Assembly (NCBI GenBank): GCA_002839505.1
Contig: PGYE01000001.1
Span: forward strand, 230,459-294,458
Origin: Candidatus Peregrinibacteria bacterium HGW-Peregrinibacteria-1
GTDB lineage: Bacteria; Patescibacteriota; Gracilibacteria; UBA1369; LOWO2-01-FULL-3
DNA: 64,000 nt
Direction: 5' to 3'
How positions within the stretch are numbered: the stretch's first letter is position 1; each line of letters starts with the position of its first letter. Both the position numbers and the translations under genes were made by a program. Below are positions 1 to 10,067 of this stretch, piece by piece. The notes below the pieces were generated by a model, which saw nothing but the letters and a program-made list of their open reading frames with translations, was not told the origin of the DNA and did no database searches.

Positions 1-1
1 A

Positions 2-472
2 GTCAAAATAATAGTCCCAGACAAAGGCTTCGCCACCCCAAAAATAATAGACCGTGAGGCGGTTTTTGAACGCTACCAGCTCACCCCTCATCAAATAGTT
101 GACCTCAAAGCCCTTCAAGGAGACACCTCCGACAACATCAAGGGCGTAGCCGGAATTGGCCCGAAAACCGCCACCAACCTACTTCAAGAATATCAATCTC
201 TAGAAAACATTTATCAAAATATCGACCGCATCCCCGGACGCATCAAAGAAAAGCTTCTACAAGACCAAGAAAGCGCCTTCCTAAGTAAAAGACTCGCCAC
301 CATCATTACCGACGCCCCCATCAAAATAAACTTCAGCGCCTGCACCTTCAATCCAAACCCCGACCTCATCCTCGGCATTCTCCAAGAATTTCAGTTCACC
401 AGCCTGATTCGCCGATTCAACGCCCTCCCCAAACACACCGTCGTTTCCGAAAATCAACAAACACTCTTTTAA
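2..472 (+). CDS. 5'-3' exonuclease (DNA polymerase I N-terminal / FEN-type domain), C-terminal part; 5' end lies outside the window
   Basis: Frame 2 is open from the window edge to TAA at 470-472. It is absent from the ORF track because there is no in-window start. The translation contains ...DLKALQGDTSDNIKGVAGIGPKTATNLLQEYQSLENIY..., the H3TH region typical of PolI-type 5'-3' exonucleases. The protein ends right after this domain. Confidence 0.8.
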   Translation, partial: VKIIVPDKGFATPKIIDREAVFERYQLTPHQIVDLKALQGDTSDNIKGVAGIGPKTATNLLQEYQSLENIYQNIDRIPGRIKEKLLQDQESAFLSKRLATIITDAPIKINFSACTFNPNPDLILGILQEFQFTSLIRRFNALPKHTVVSENQQTLF

Positions 473-581
473 ATCAAAAAGAGTCCCGATTCAAAGAATC
501 ATTTGTTAGCCCATTTTTTTTCTAGTAATATCTCTACACATGAGATAACATCCCATCTCTCGCAATATTTACAATTAAACT

Positions 582-1814
582 ATGGCAAGACCCAAATTAG
601 TCGCAAGCTTGGACATTGGAAGTTCTAAGATCAGAACGGTTGTTGGAACAGTTGATGAAAACGGCGTAGTAAACATAATCGGTGTTGGAATAGCACCATC
701 TACCGGACTTCGCAAAGGAGCCGTAATCGATGTAGAAGAAACAATAAATAGCATTGCCGCCTCACTTGAAGACGCCGAACGCATGTCAGGAGAGCCTATT
801 AACCATGTCTTTCTTGGTATCAGCGGTAATCACATTGAATCAATAAACAGCAAAGGCGTAATCGCAGTCGGGCAAGCCTCCAATGAAATAATAGAGGAAG
901 ATGTTGACCGTGTTCTTGAAGCTGCCCAAGCCGTTACCATCCCTAGCAACCGCCGTATCCTCAGCACAATCCCCAAGACTTTTACCGTAGACGAACAAAA
1001 AGGCATCAAATATCCGGTCGGCATGACTGGAATCCGCCTAGAAGTAGAAACGCACATAATTACCGGCTTCGAGCCAACCATCAAAAACCTTGAAAAATGC
1101 GTACTGCAAGCCGGAGTCGATATTGATGATATCATTCCCGGGACTATTGCACCCGCCAAATCCGTACTCTCCAAGCGTCAAAAAGAACTCGGAGTAGTGG
1201 TTGTTGACATCGGTTGTGGCGGCACATCTGTCAGCGTCTTTGAAGATGGATCCAATGTGCACACCGCCATGATACCTATCGGCGGAGAAAATGTTACCAA
1301 CGATGTTGCCATTGGCATAAAGACATCAATAGACACTGCTGAAAAAGTCAAAATCGAATACGGTTCGACAATTCCTGAAGATGTTAATGATCGTGAGACC
1401 ATCGACCTATCACTTGTCAGCAAACTAGACACACACCTTGTCTCCAAAAAACAAGTTGTTGAAATTATCCAGGCTCGTTATCAAGAAATATTACTCCTAG
1501 TCAAAGATGAGCTCGCTAAGATTCACCGAGACGGCATGTTGCCTGCCGGCGTAGTAATTACCGGAGGCGGATCCAAAATACCGGGACTAATCGACCTTGC
1601 CCGAGAAATACTCAACCTACCGGCACAGGTTGGCTTCCCCCAAAACTATGATGGCGTAGTCGACAAAATCGATGATCCTTCATATGCCACAGCCATCGGC
1701 CTTATTATTGGTGGCTCCAGAGTGGACAATCGAATTAGCGGCGGGATCAGAGGAATCAACTTTAAAAAAGGTATCGGATCAGTCAAAGGATGGTTTAAAA
1801 ACTTATTACCTTGA
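582..1814 (+). CDS. ftsA: Cell division protein FtsA
   Basis: 410 aa. Actin-like ATPase with N-terminal SLDIGSSKIRTVVG and VVDIGCGGTSVSVF and ITGGGSKIPGL motifs. It lies immediately upstream of ftsZ. Confidence 0.95.
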   Translation: MARPKLVASLDIGSSKIRTVVGTVDENGVVNIIGVGIAPSTGLRKGAVIDVEETINSIAASLEDAERMSGEPINHVFLGISGNHIESINSKGVIAVGQASNEIIEEDVDRVLEAAQAVTIPSNRRILSTIPKTFTVDEQKGIKYPVGMTGIRLEVETHIITGFEPTIKNLEKCVLQAGVDIDDIIPGTIAPAKSVLSKRQKELGVVVVDIGCGGTSVSVFEDGSNVHTAMIPIGGENVTNDVAIGIKTSIDTAEKVKIEYGSTIPEDVNDRETIDLSLVSKLDTHLVSKKQVVEIIQARYQEILLLVKDELAKIHRDGMLPAGVVITGGGSKIPGLIDLAREILNLPAQVGFPQNYDGVVDKIDDPSYATAIGLIIGGSRVDNRISGGIRGINFKKGIGSVKGWFKNLLP

Positions 1815-1877
1815 CACATCTGGTATATTAAGTTAATACTTGAACCTTGCAATTAAGACACATAATAATTACAAAGT

Positions 1878-3074
1878 ATGTCTACACAAAACCACGATGA
1901 TAACGACCTAAAACACCTGTTTTCATCAAGCAACTCAAGTGCCAACAAGCCTTATCAGCCAAAATCCATGGAAATCACACCCGATATTACTCCCGTGGCT
2001 AATATTAAAGTTGTCGGTGTCGGTGGTGGTGGAGGCAATGCGGTTAACCGCATGATCAAAGCCGGACTTAAAGGAATTGAATTTATTGCGGTAAATACCG
2101 ACGCACAAGCACTATACCACTCTGAAGCTCCAACCAAGATCAACATTGGTCAAGCTACAACTCGTGGACTTGGAGCCGGAAGTAACCCTGATATTGGTAG
2201 ACAAGCTGCTGAAGAAAGCATTGAGGAAATCAAAGAGGCCCTCGAAGGTGCCGACATGGTATTCATCACCTGTGGTTTAGGTGGAGGAACCGGTACTGGA
2301 GGATCACCTGTCATAGCAAATGCCGCTAAAGAAATGGGTATCTTGACCGTCGGAGTTGTCACTAGACCTTTCGGATTTGAAGGACACCGTCGCAAAAACC
2401 AATCTGACGAAGGACTTGAAAACCTCAAAAGCAAAGTTGACACACTTATTACAATCCCAAACGATCGCATACTCTCAATCATTGATAAAAAGACACCACT
2501 AAACGATGCCTTTGCCGTTGTCGATGATGTACTTCGCCAAGGTGTCCAAGGTATCGCCGATCTAATTACCGTTCACGGAATGATCAATGTCGACTTCGCC
2601 GATGTCAAAGCCGTCATGGAAAACACTGGATCAGCCCTTATGGGTATCGGATACGGAACTGGTGAAAACCGCGCTGCCGATGCTGCAAAACAAGCTATCG
2701 AAAGTCCTCTCCTCGAGCTATCAATCGACGGAGCCAAAGGAGTTCTCTTCAACATTACAGGAGGAAACGACCTTGGAATGTTCGAAGTTGACGAAGCCGC
2801 TAAAGTCATTACCGAGGCCGCTGACCCTGAAGCCAACATTATCTTTGGTGCCGTAATCAACGATTCATACACCGGAGAAGTAAAAATTACCGTTGTCGCA
2901 ACCGGCTTTGACTACAAACAAAACACTCCGTCAATTGTCCGCCCGACCTCTGTATTCAACACCAGCAACATCTCTCGAAGCGGAAGCACACCAGCCACAA
3001 GCAACACAACACCAATCAAACAAACCGAAAACGAACTCGACATCCCGGCCTTCATTCGTCAAAAAATGAAATAA
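1878..3074 (+). CDS. ftsZ: Cell division GTPase FtsZ
   Basis: 398 aa. Carries the tubulin signature [13 protein letters not shown], plus NTDAQAL and [13 protein letters not shown], and a C-terminal DIPAFIR peptide. Confidence 0.97.
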   Translation: MSTQNHDDNDLKHLFSSSNSSANKPYQPKSMEITPDITPVANIKVVGVGGGGGNAVNRMIKAGLKGIEFIAVNTDAQALYHSEAPTKINIGQATTRGLGAGSNPDIGRQAAEESIEEIKEALEGADMVFITCGLGGGTGTGGSPVIANAAKEMGILTVGVVTRPFGFEGHRRKNQSDEGLENLKSKVDTLITIPNDRILSIIDKKTPLNDAFAVVDDVLRQGVQGIADLITVHGMINVDFADVKAVMENTGSALMGIGYGTGENRAADAAKQAIESPLLELSIDGAKGVLFNITGGNDLGMFEVDEAAKVITEAADPEANIIFGAVINDSYTGEVKITVVATGFDYKQNTPSIVRPTSVFNTSNISRSGSTPATSNTTPIKQTENELDIPAFIRQKMK

Positions 3075-3124
3075 GAGTACAATTACGAGTTTCAACCAGC
3101 CCCCCCCAATTTCAAATAGACCTT

Positions 3125-3159
3125 AACCTCTCGCGGAAACTATCCCGAGAGGTTTTTTT
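3125..3159 (+). terminator. Rho-independent terminator after ftsZ
   Basis: aacctctcg (3125-3133) pairs with cgagaggtt (3146-3154) and is followed by a T7 run (3153-3159). Confidence 0.75.
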
Positions 3160-3242
3160 AAAACTCCACCCAATCCTTACACTTCCAATTTAATAAAAAT
3201 TCACCTATCCTTAACCGGTAAAAACCAAACCTGCCAACAAAA

Positions 3243-4274
3243 ATGAACTCACCACAAGCCAAAGACTGGGACCTATTCGTTGAAAATCACCCCCTCGGAA
3301 ACATCCACCAAACCGAAAAATTTAAAGAATTTTCATCGCAGCTACCCCAAAGAGGCAAAAGCTGGCTTATAACAACAGAAGACCACACCGCCGGCACCGT
3401 CCTCATTCGCTATCGCCTACCCCGCGGCCTCAGCTGGCTATACGCTCCGCGCGGCCCACTTCTGGACTATCAGAAATCTCCAGAAACCATTCAAAAACAA
3501 CTCACCGAGCTACACACCACAATAAAAAAAATAGCCAAACAAGAAAAGGCCATATTTTTGCGTATCGACCCGCCCATTTTGGAAAACACACAAGAGGCCG
3601 ATAACTTCCAAAAAACAGCCCACAGCCTCAAATTTAGGCCCGTAGGGCATGGATTCCAACCACAGCACACTCTTATCATTGACCTCACGCTAGAGCACGA
3701 CCAAATACTGTCACAGATGAAGCCCAAAGGACGCTATAACATCAAAGTCGCCACCAAAAATGGAGTAGTGATTCGCACCTCATCACCCGAAAACAAAGAA
3801 CAATTTCAAAAGGACCTCATCGCCTTTTACGACATCCTACAAGAAACCACCGGCCGCGACGGATTTAGCGGACACCCCCTGGACTACTATCAAAAGATGC
3901 TCACCACACTTTTTCCAAGCGCCACCCTCTACATTGCCGAAAATAACCAAGGCAAAATCATCTCCGCCGCAATAATCACATACTTCAAAACCACCGCGAC
4001 CTACTATTACGGCGTATCCTCAAACCAAGATCGTAACCTGATGTCACCATACCTCCTACACTGGCAAGTCATGAAGGATGCCAAAGAAGCGGGCTGTGAA
4101 AGCTACGACCTCTTCGGGATAGCCCCCCCCGCCAGCCCGCACCACCCCTGGCAAGGCGTCACCGAATTCAAAAAAAAGTTCGGCGGCACCGACCAACAAT
4201 ACATCCCCGCCTCCGAAAAACCCCTCAAACCGCTTCTATACTTCCTCTATCGCCTATACAAAAAATTCCGCTAG
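3243..4274 (+). CDS. FemAB-family peptidoglycan interpeptide-bridge aminoacyltransferase (FemX-like)
   Basis: 343 aa. Motifs KPKGRYNIKVATKNGV, YYYGVSS...MSPYLLHWQVMKDAKEAGCESYDLFGI and EFKKKFGG resemble the FemABX family. Confidence 0.8.
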   Translation: MNSPQAKDWDLFVENHPLGNIHQTEKFKEFSSQLPQRGKSWLITTEDHTAGTVLIRYRLPRGLSWLYAPRGPLLDYQKSPETIQKQLTELHTTIKKIAKQEKAIFLRIDPPILENTQEADNFQKTAHSLKFRPVGHGFQPQHTLIIDLTLEHDQILSQMKPKGRYNIKVATKNGVVIRTSSPENKEQFQKDLIAFYDILQETTGRDGFSGHPLDYYQKMLTTLFPSATLYIAENNQGKIISAAIITYFKTTATYYYGVSSNQDRNLMSPYLLHWQVMKDAKEAGCESYDLFGIAPPASPHHPWQGVTEFKKKFGGTDQQYIPASEKPLKPLLYFLYRLYKKFR

Positions 4275-4279
4275 CCCCT

Positions 4280-4741
4280 CTACCCACTTACCCGATCCAC
4301 AAACAGCACACCCTCAATGTGGTCGTATTCATGCTGCACTACCCTCGCATTCATCCCCTCCAGCTCCAATCTCTGCCTCATCCCATCCTCATTAAAAAAC
4401 TCCACCGCCACTTCCCTCCAACGCTTCACCCGTCCAAAAACCCCCGGAATACTCAAACACCCCTCCTCATCCTCCTCCATCTCATCACCGTGCCAAATAA
4501 TCACCGGATTCACAAACGCCAAAAACCGCTCCCCCTCCGTCCCCACATCCATCGTCGCCAAAAAAATCCGCTCACTTATCCCCACCTGCGGCGCCGCAAT
4601 CCCCACCCCATTCGCATCCAACATCGCCTTCTTCATATCCCTTACCAGCCTTTTCAACCTTCCATCAAACTTCTTCACCGGATCACTCACCTTACGAAGT
4701 ATCGGATTATCCACACCCTTTACGATTTTCAACTTTGCCAT
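4280..4741 (-). CDS. def: Peptide deformylase
   Basis: 153 aa with the three PDF motifs: GVGIAAPQVG, EGCLSIPG, HEYDHIEG. Confidence 0.95.
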   Translation of the reverse strand: MAKLKIVKGVDNPILRKVSDPVKKFDGRLKRLVRDMKKAMLDANGVGIAAPQVGISERIFLATMDVGTEGERFLAFVNPVIIWHGDEMEEDEEGCLSIPGVFGRVKRWREVAVEFFNEDGMRQRLELEGMNARVVQHEYDHIEGVLFVDRVSG

Positions 4742-4821
4742 AAAAATTTCTAAATAACCAAGACCACAATTTTAATATCAAGAACCACAAAAGTCCAATC
4801 CACTAAAACCACCATATAAAA

Positions 4822-4850
4822 TTGTTAAATCACAACAAATTTGGTATAAT
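4822..4850 (+). promoter_or_regulatory. Sigma70-like promoter upstream of the 4879 ORF
   Basis: TTGTTA (4822-4827), 17-nt spacer, then TGgTATAAT with TATAAT at 4845-4850. It sits 28 nt upstream of the ATG at 4879. Confidence 0.55.
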
Positions 4851-4878
4851 GCAAAGATTATTCAAATAAAAACAAAAA

Positions 4879-5226
4879 ATGTACACCACCAACCACATTC
4901 AAAACCCTCGTCTGCACGAGTTAGTCACCCAATCCGCCCGCTGGGCCATGCTCAAACCAGAGGATCAACAAGCCCAACTCACCAAAATGATCCACGCCTC
5001 CGACGAACTCATCAACACCAAGTACATTCCTTTTTTCGAAGAAGAAAACCAACGCGAACTCCAATACCTCGAAGCCAAAAAACCCGAAATCTACCAACTA
5101 ATCGAAAAAATCACCGAAATGAAGCGCTCCCTCAAAATCATCGCCCTTCGCGACCTCGAAAAACAACAAACCCAAATCGACCAAACCGAAGTCGACAAAC
5201 TATTAAATGACATCAACAAATCTTAA
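4879..5226 (+). CDS. Hypothetical hydrophilic coiled-coil protein
   Basis: 115-aa ORF preceded by a good promoter. Sequence is Gln/Glu/Lys-rich with no recognisable domain. Confidence 0.55.
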   Translation: MYTTNHIQNPRLHELVTQSARWAMLKPEDQQAQLTKMIHASDELINTKYIPFFEEENQRELQYLEAKKPEIYQLIEKITEMKRSLKIIALRDLEKQQTQIDQTEVDKLLNDINKS

Positions 5227-7339
5227 ACCAATCGCCATGAAAAACGCTCTAAAAAACTTACTCTTCGAAAAACGGTTCATCTACATGACCCCACCCGACA
5301 AAGCACCGCAAGAACAACCACCAGTTCCTGAGGCCCCAGCCACCTCCCCCGACGAACCCTCCGGCGAGCAACTCGCCACTACAGTAAGTGAGTTACTTTA
5401 TGGTGAAACTGAAAACCCCCTCGAGACCCTATTTACCCATATACAGACCGATATGCTCGCCAATAAAGTTTCGGATAAGGGCGTTGCTGCCTACCTGTAT
5501 GACACCTATCATTCCCTAAAGGATCCTGAGGCCAAAGCAAATTTCGAAAAGAAAGCTCTTGAGATTAGGGGGCTTCTGATAGAGCCCTTTGTCGATCTTA
5601 TTGCGCCAGACAGCAAGAGAAGCTCCAAGGAAAGCAGCACGGAGATCACACTTGATCAATTTCTAAAAAAGCTAGACAACCCCAGTGTTCGCGAATCTTT
5701 TGAACAACTCGAAGAAACTGCCCGTATCATAAATCCCGAATCCTCCCCCACACAAAGCCCCGATACCGCAAAATCTCCTGCCAACGCCCCCGATCAAGCC
5801 CCCGATCAAGCCCCCGATCAAGCCCCCGAGACAGAACCAAAACCACCCTTCACTATAGAAGGAAACGCCGATAAAGTCCCATTCAGAGGAATCAACCTCT
5901 CTTCCAGAAGGCACGGTGAATTTCAAGGCTACCTCAAAAACATCATCAAGCTTAAAGAAGAAGGTAAATTGAACGCCGTCGAAAATATGACTGACCCCGA
6001 AAACGCAGATACCTGGAAACTAATAGAAGAATATGCTAACAGTGACAACCCCGTAACAGTAGCTCAAACAAATCCCGAACTCTTCAAAACGACCATTTTC
6101 AACATCGCCATAGCTGCCGAAAGAGCCTTCAAAGCAATGGAAGGATCCAGCAAAAAACTCGAAGACATCACAGGCCTCACCATCAAACTCAACTCCACCC
6201 GAGAAGGAAAAGTCACAAGCAATGTGGGCGAAATACCTGTGGACACAGTAACAGCGGAAGCAACACCAGCCAGGCCAGGGCAACCAGACACACCTCCGGC
6301 TTCAGCTACGGCAAGGCCTGCTTCACGGAGGGCAACCGCACCTCGAATCACACCATCCCGCGGTCAACCAGAGGTTTCACCTGACAGAGTGGAAGAGGTT
6401 AATAATTTAGTCGTTCTAGATTATGCCAAGGCAATAGCCAGCGGGAGAGAATTCACCAGCAGCACAATAGACCCAGAGGTACAAGATTGGATACAGAATT
6501 TAAATGCAAATCAGGCTGCTTTAGATTTAATTCCTACTCAAATCACGCCTGAGCTTGCCCGCAAAATTATAGATATAATTATCCCAAAAGAAGGAGATAC
6601 TGATTCTGAATCAAAAACGGAGGTAAAAGACGATGACGTTGATATATTTGCCAATATACCTAAAGACACGATAAACGAATTTGCCCTGGCAATAGTAAAA
6701 ACCAAGGACCCTAATCGTACCGCACAGGTATTAAGACGGTTAGATTTATTAAGTAATCACAAGCAAATTATAGAAGCAATAATAGAGGGAAAAAACGCAG
6801 AATCCTTTGATCTACTACTTAGCCAATGGGATAAAGTTAAAGGGTTCGATGAAACCCAGCTTCCCAAAAAATTACAAGAGCACAAAATATATTCTCGTGA
6901 ACACTGGGATAGTATCTTTAGGCATATTGAAAAATTCCAAAATCCGTACGATATGGTACAGAAATTAGGATCAAATCGCAGAAACGAATATGACAGACAG
7001 CAACTAGAATCAGCACTGACGAACAATCCTAACAATAACTTCCTTTTTATTGTTACTCTAATTGCTAAACATAGAGATGACGAAGATGCTTTCAGGGATA
7101 TCATCATACCAGCAATGGTCAAACACTGGAAAAATATATCCACGGATTTGGGGCTTAAGTATATAGGTGCAGTTCGAAGAACAGATCTAATTCTCGATCT
7201 GGCAAAAAGTATTGGTCTTCAAAACATGAGATCTGCAGAACTTCGAGAAGTTAAAAAGAGAATTAGTAGTAGCGATTATGCACAGAGAGATATTCAAGAG
7301 ATCCTAGATAGTAGAGCAGATTCGGCAGCAGGAATATAA
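5207..7339 (+). CDS. Large hypothetical protein (710 aa) with Pro/Ala-rich low-complexity linkers
   Basis: Long uninterrupted ORF that overlaps the upstream ORF by 20 nt. Contains an APDQ x3 tandem repeat and a PARPGQPDTPPASATARPASRRATAP segment. No TM segment or recognisable domain. The start could be a downstream Met. Confidence 0.65.
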   Translation: MTSTNLKPIAMKNALKNLLFEKRFIYMTPPDKAPQEQPPVPEAPATSPDEPSGEQLATTVSELLYGETENPLETLFTHIQTDMLANKVSDKGVAAYLYDTYHSLKDPEAKANFEKKALEIRGLLIEPFVDLIAPDSKRSSKESSTEITLDQFLKKLDNPSVRESFEQLEETARIINPESSPTQSPDTAKSPANAPDQAPDQAPDQAPETEPKPPFTIEGNADKVPFRGINLSSRRHGEFQGYLKNIIKLKEEGKLNAVENMTDPENADTWKLIEEYANSDNPVTVAQTNPELFKTTIFNIAIAAERAFKAMEGSSKKLEDITGLTIKLNSTREGKVTSNVGEIPVDTVTAEATPARPGQPDTPPASATARPASRRATAPRITPSRGQPEVSPDRVEEVNNLVVLDYAKAIASGREFTSSTIDPEVQDWIQNLNANQAALDLIPTQITPELARKIIDIIIPKEGDTDSESKTEVKDDDVDIFANIPKDTINEFALAIVKTKDPNRTAQVLRRLDLLSNHKQIIEAIIEGKNAESFDLLLSQWDKVKGFDETQLPKKLQEHKIYSREHWDSIFRHIEKFQNPYDMVQKLGSNRRNEYDRQQLESALTNNPNNNFLFIVTLIAKHRDDEDAFRDIIIPAMVKHWKNISTDLGLKYIGAVRRTDLILDLAKSIGLQNMRSAELREVKKRISSSDYAQRDIQEILDSRADSAAGI
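5786..5829 (+). repeat. In-frame 12-bp tandem repeat (gcccccgatcaa x3.7)
   Basis: Exact copies at 5786-5797, 5798-5809 and 5810-5821, plus a partial copy at 5822-5829. It encodes (APDQ)n inside the 710-aa ORF. Confidence 0.9.
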
Positions 7340-7354
7340 GCTAAGAACACCCCC

Positions 7355-8440
7355 CTACCCCTTAAGCTTCGCCTCCACAAAGCCCTCAATCTCACCATCA
7401 AGCACCTTGTCCGGATTCGTCTCCTCCCATCCCGTCCGATGATCCTTGACCATTTTGTAAGGATGTAAAACATACGAACGGATCTGATTTCCCCAGCTCA
7501 TCTCTTTTTTGCCACCCTTCAGCTGATCCAATTTTTCAGCCTGCTCCTCCTCCATCAAAGTCAAAAGCTTCCCTTTCAGCAGCTTCATCGCCTGCTCCTT
7601 GTTTTGTAACTGACTGCGTTCATTCTGGCACTGCACCACCACACCCGTTGGCAAATGCGTAATTCTCACCGCCGAATCCGTCGTATTCACGCTCTGACCA
7701 CCGCTACCTCCCGACCTAAACACATCAATTCGCAGATCATCATCCTTAAACTTTATCTCAATATCATTATTAATCTCCGGCACCACCTCCACCAAAGCAA
7801 ATGAAGTCTCCCGCGTATGCTTGGAATTAAAAGGAGAAAGCCTCACCAGACGATGCACACCGGCCTCGTTTTTCAAATAACCGTAAGCAAAAGCGCCTTT
7901 AAGCGCCACCGTACAACTCTTTATTCCCGCCTCCTCCGCCATCGACTTATCAAGAATCTCCACTCCAAATCCGCTCCTCTCACCATAACGCAAATACATT
8001 CGCAGCAGCATCTCCGCAAAATCTGACGCATCAGTCCCGCCCGTCCCGGCATGAATCGACAAAATCGCATTACTTTTATCATACTTACCATTCAAAAATG
8101 TCAAAATTTCCAGCTTTCTCCAGCGAACCTCCAGCGCCGCCACCATCCCTCGAAACTCCTCCGCTCCCTCCGGATCACTCTCCGGCGAAATCTCCGGCAA
8201 AAGCCCCAAAAGCGAATTTACCTCCTCCAAAATCCCCTCCCAGCTCTCAATCTCCTTCGCCAAATCACTAGCTTGCTGACTCACCTCCTGCGCCTTCGTA
8301 CTATCATCCCAAAACCCCTCGCTCATCGTCTCCGCATTCAAATTTTTCCACTGATATTTTAGGTTTTCCAAATCCACCGTCGCCACACCCTGCTCAATAA
8401 ACTCCTTCAACTCTACCAACCTAGCTTTGATTTCATGCAT
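7355..8440 (-). CDS. prfB: Peptide chain release factor 2
   Basis: 361 aa. GGQ motif (SGGSGGQSVNTTDSAVRITHLPTG) and the RF2-specific SPF tripeptide (RLSPFNS). The frame is contiguous with no +1 frameshift site. Confidence 0.93.
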   Translation of the reverse strand: MHEIKARLVELKEFIEQGVATVDLENLKYQWKNLNAETMSEGFWDDSTKAQEVSQQASDLAKEIESWEGILEEVNSLLGLLPEISPESDPEGAEEFRGMVAALEVRWRKLEILTFLNGKYDKSNAILSIHAGTGGTDASDFAEMLLRMYLRYGERSGFGVEILDKSMAEEAGIKSCTVALKGAFAYGYLKNEAGVHRLVRLSPFNSKHTRETSFALVEVVPEINNDIEIKFKDDDLRIDVFRSGGSGGQSVNTTDSAVRITHLPTGVVVQCQNERSQLQNKEQAMKLLKGKLLTLMEEEQAEKLDQLKGGKKEMSWGNQIRSYVLHPYKMVKDHRTGWEETNPDKVLDGEIEGFVEAKLKG

Positions 8441-8585
8441 ACAAAAATTTAATATGCCCCCAATCTAACGAAATTTTACCAACAAGCCAAATTCTATAAT
8501 TATAAACACCTTTTAAAATCCCCTTAAAAAAATTATAACTTTCACAAAAACCTCTGTATTATCACAGCAAGTTTTTTACCCTCCC

Positions 8586-10067
8586 ATGTCACTCACAAGC
8601 AAAATCTTCTCAAATACAGTCTACCAACTCCTCTCCAAAGTTGTCATTGCCATACTCGGAATACTCGTCGTCAAAATCACCACAAACTATCTCGGCGTTG
8701 CCGGATACGGACAATACACCTTAGTTTATGAATTCCTCGCCTTCTTTGGTATCGCCGCCGACCTCGGACTATTCACCATCGCCGTCAAAGAAATGTCCGA
8801 AGACGAAGACAACATCCCCAAAATAATCGGCAACATCCTCTCCCTCAGAGCAATTCTCGTTACCCTCTCAATGCTCGCCGCCATCGTTGCCATCTTCCTG
8901 ATCCCTCAATATACAGACAGCCTCATCCCCCTCGGCGTCACCATCGCCTCCATCACCGTCTTTATCACCATAATTAACGGCACAATCACCAGCGTCCTCC
9001 AGACAAAACTCCAAATGGGACTCGCCTCCATCGCTTCAATTATGGGAAAAATAGTCTCCGTCGCCTTCATGGCCTATATAGTCTTCTACGGTTTTCCCGA
9101 AGACACCGAAACCGGATTCCTAATGCTCATCGTCGCCGGAATCATCGGCGCATTTGCCACCCTCCTCATCACCAACCACTATGTCCGCAAAATCACCCCG
9201 CTAAAATTCAGATTCGACCTCTCACTTTGGAAACAAGTCATCAAAAAATCCCTACCCTACGGACTCGCCCTCATTCTTAGCACCGTCTACTTCCGTATCG
9301 ACTCCATCATGATCTCTCTAATGCGCGGCGAAGCCGAGCTTGGAATCTACGGCGTTGCCATGAAAATGTTAGAACAAATTGCCATCATTCCCCTATATTT
9401 TATGAACTCCGTCCTCCCCGTCCTCACCAAATCCATCAAAGAAGGAACTCAACGCTACCAATCCATCATCTCAAGATCATTTGATTTCCTCACCGCCATA
9501 TCGTTACCCATGGTAGTCGGCGGATTCGTCCTCGCCTACCCGATAATATTCATCGTCGCCGACCACAACTTCCTCAGCCGCCTCTCCGAAGGCTTCTACG
9601 GCTCCGACATCGCCCTCCAAATAATCATCTTCGCCCTCATCTTCCAATTTCTCAATGTCCTCTGCGCCTTCATTCTCATCGCCCTCGACAAACAAACCAA
9701 ACTCCTCTACATCAACGCCGCCTGCGTCCTCATAAACCTCGTCTCAAACTTCATCGTCATTCCAAAATACGGCTTTGTTGGCGCCGCCTTTACCACCGTC
9801 ATGAGCGAAATATTCATCTTCATCGCCACATTCAGCGTCGCCCGACACTACCTCAAATTCAAAATCAACATCCGCAATGTCATCGCCATCGCCATATCAG
9901 CAATAGTAATGGGAATAGCCATCAAATACCTTCAACCGATCACCTATCAGTTCATTCAAAACTGGAACATCCTCTTGCTCATACCGATGGGTGGGCTCAT
10001 CTACCTAATAATGCTTTTCCTCACCCGTGCCGTCGACCTCAAGACCGTGAAATCACTCATACGCTAA
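8586..10067 (+). CDS. MOP-superfamily polysaccharide / lipid-linked oligosaccharide flippase (Wzx/MurJ-like)
   Basis: 493 aa, about 14 predicted TM helices, Polysacc_synt-like N-terminus. Lies next to murD. The substrate cannot be assigned from sequence. Confidence 0.75.
   Translation: MSLTSKIFSNTVYQLLSKVVIAILGILVVKITTNYLGVAGYGQYTLVYEFLAFFGIAADLGLFTIAVKEMSEDEDNIPKIIGNILSLRAILVTLSMLAAIVAIFLIPQYTDSLIPLGVTIASITVFITIINGTITSVLQTKLQMGLASIASIMGKIVSVAFMAYIVFYGFPEDTETGFLMLIVAGIIGAFATLLITNHYVRKITPLKFRFDLSLWKQVIKKSLPYGLALILSTVYFRIDSIMISLMRGEAELGIYGVAMKMLEQIAIIPLYFMNSVLPVLTKSIKEGTQRYQSIISRSFDFLTAISLPMVVGGFVLAYPIIFIVADHNFLSRLSEGFYGSDIALQIIIFALIFQFLNVLCAFILIALDKQTKLLYINAACVLINLVSNFIVIPKYGFVGAAFTTVMSEIFIFIATFSVARHYLKFKINIRNVIAIAISAIVMGIAIKYLQPITYQFIQNWNILLLIPMGGLIYLIMLFLTRAVDLKTVKSLIR

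Noticed and set aside
5786-5829. Short exact direct repeats as a possible CRISPR or mini-array
   Set aside because: These are contiguous 12-bp units without spacers, in frame inside a long ORF, where they encode APDQ repeats. It is an ordinary coding tandem repeat.
7355-8440. Programmed +1 frameshift site expected in many prfB genes
   Set aside because: The RF2 reading frame is continuous from Met1 through the GGQ and SPF motifs with no internal in-frame stop, so this prfB is not frameshift-regulated.
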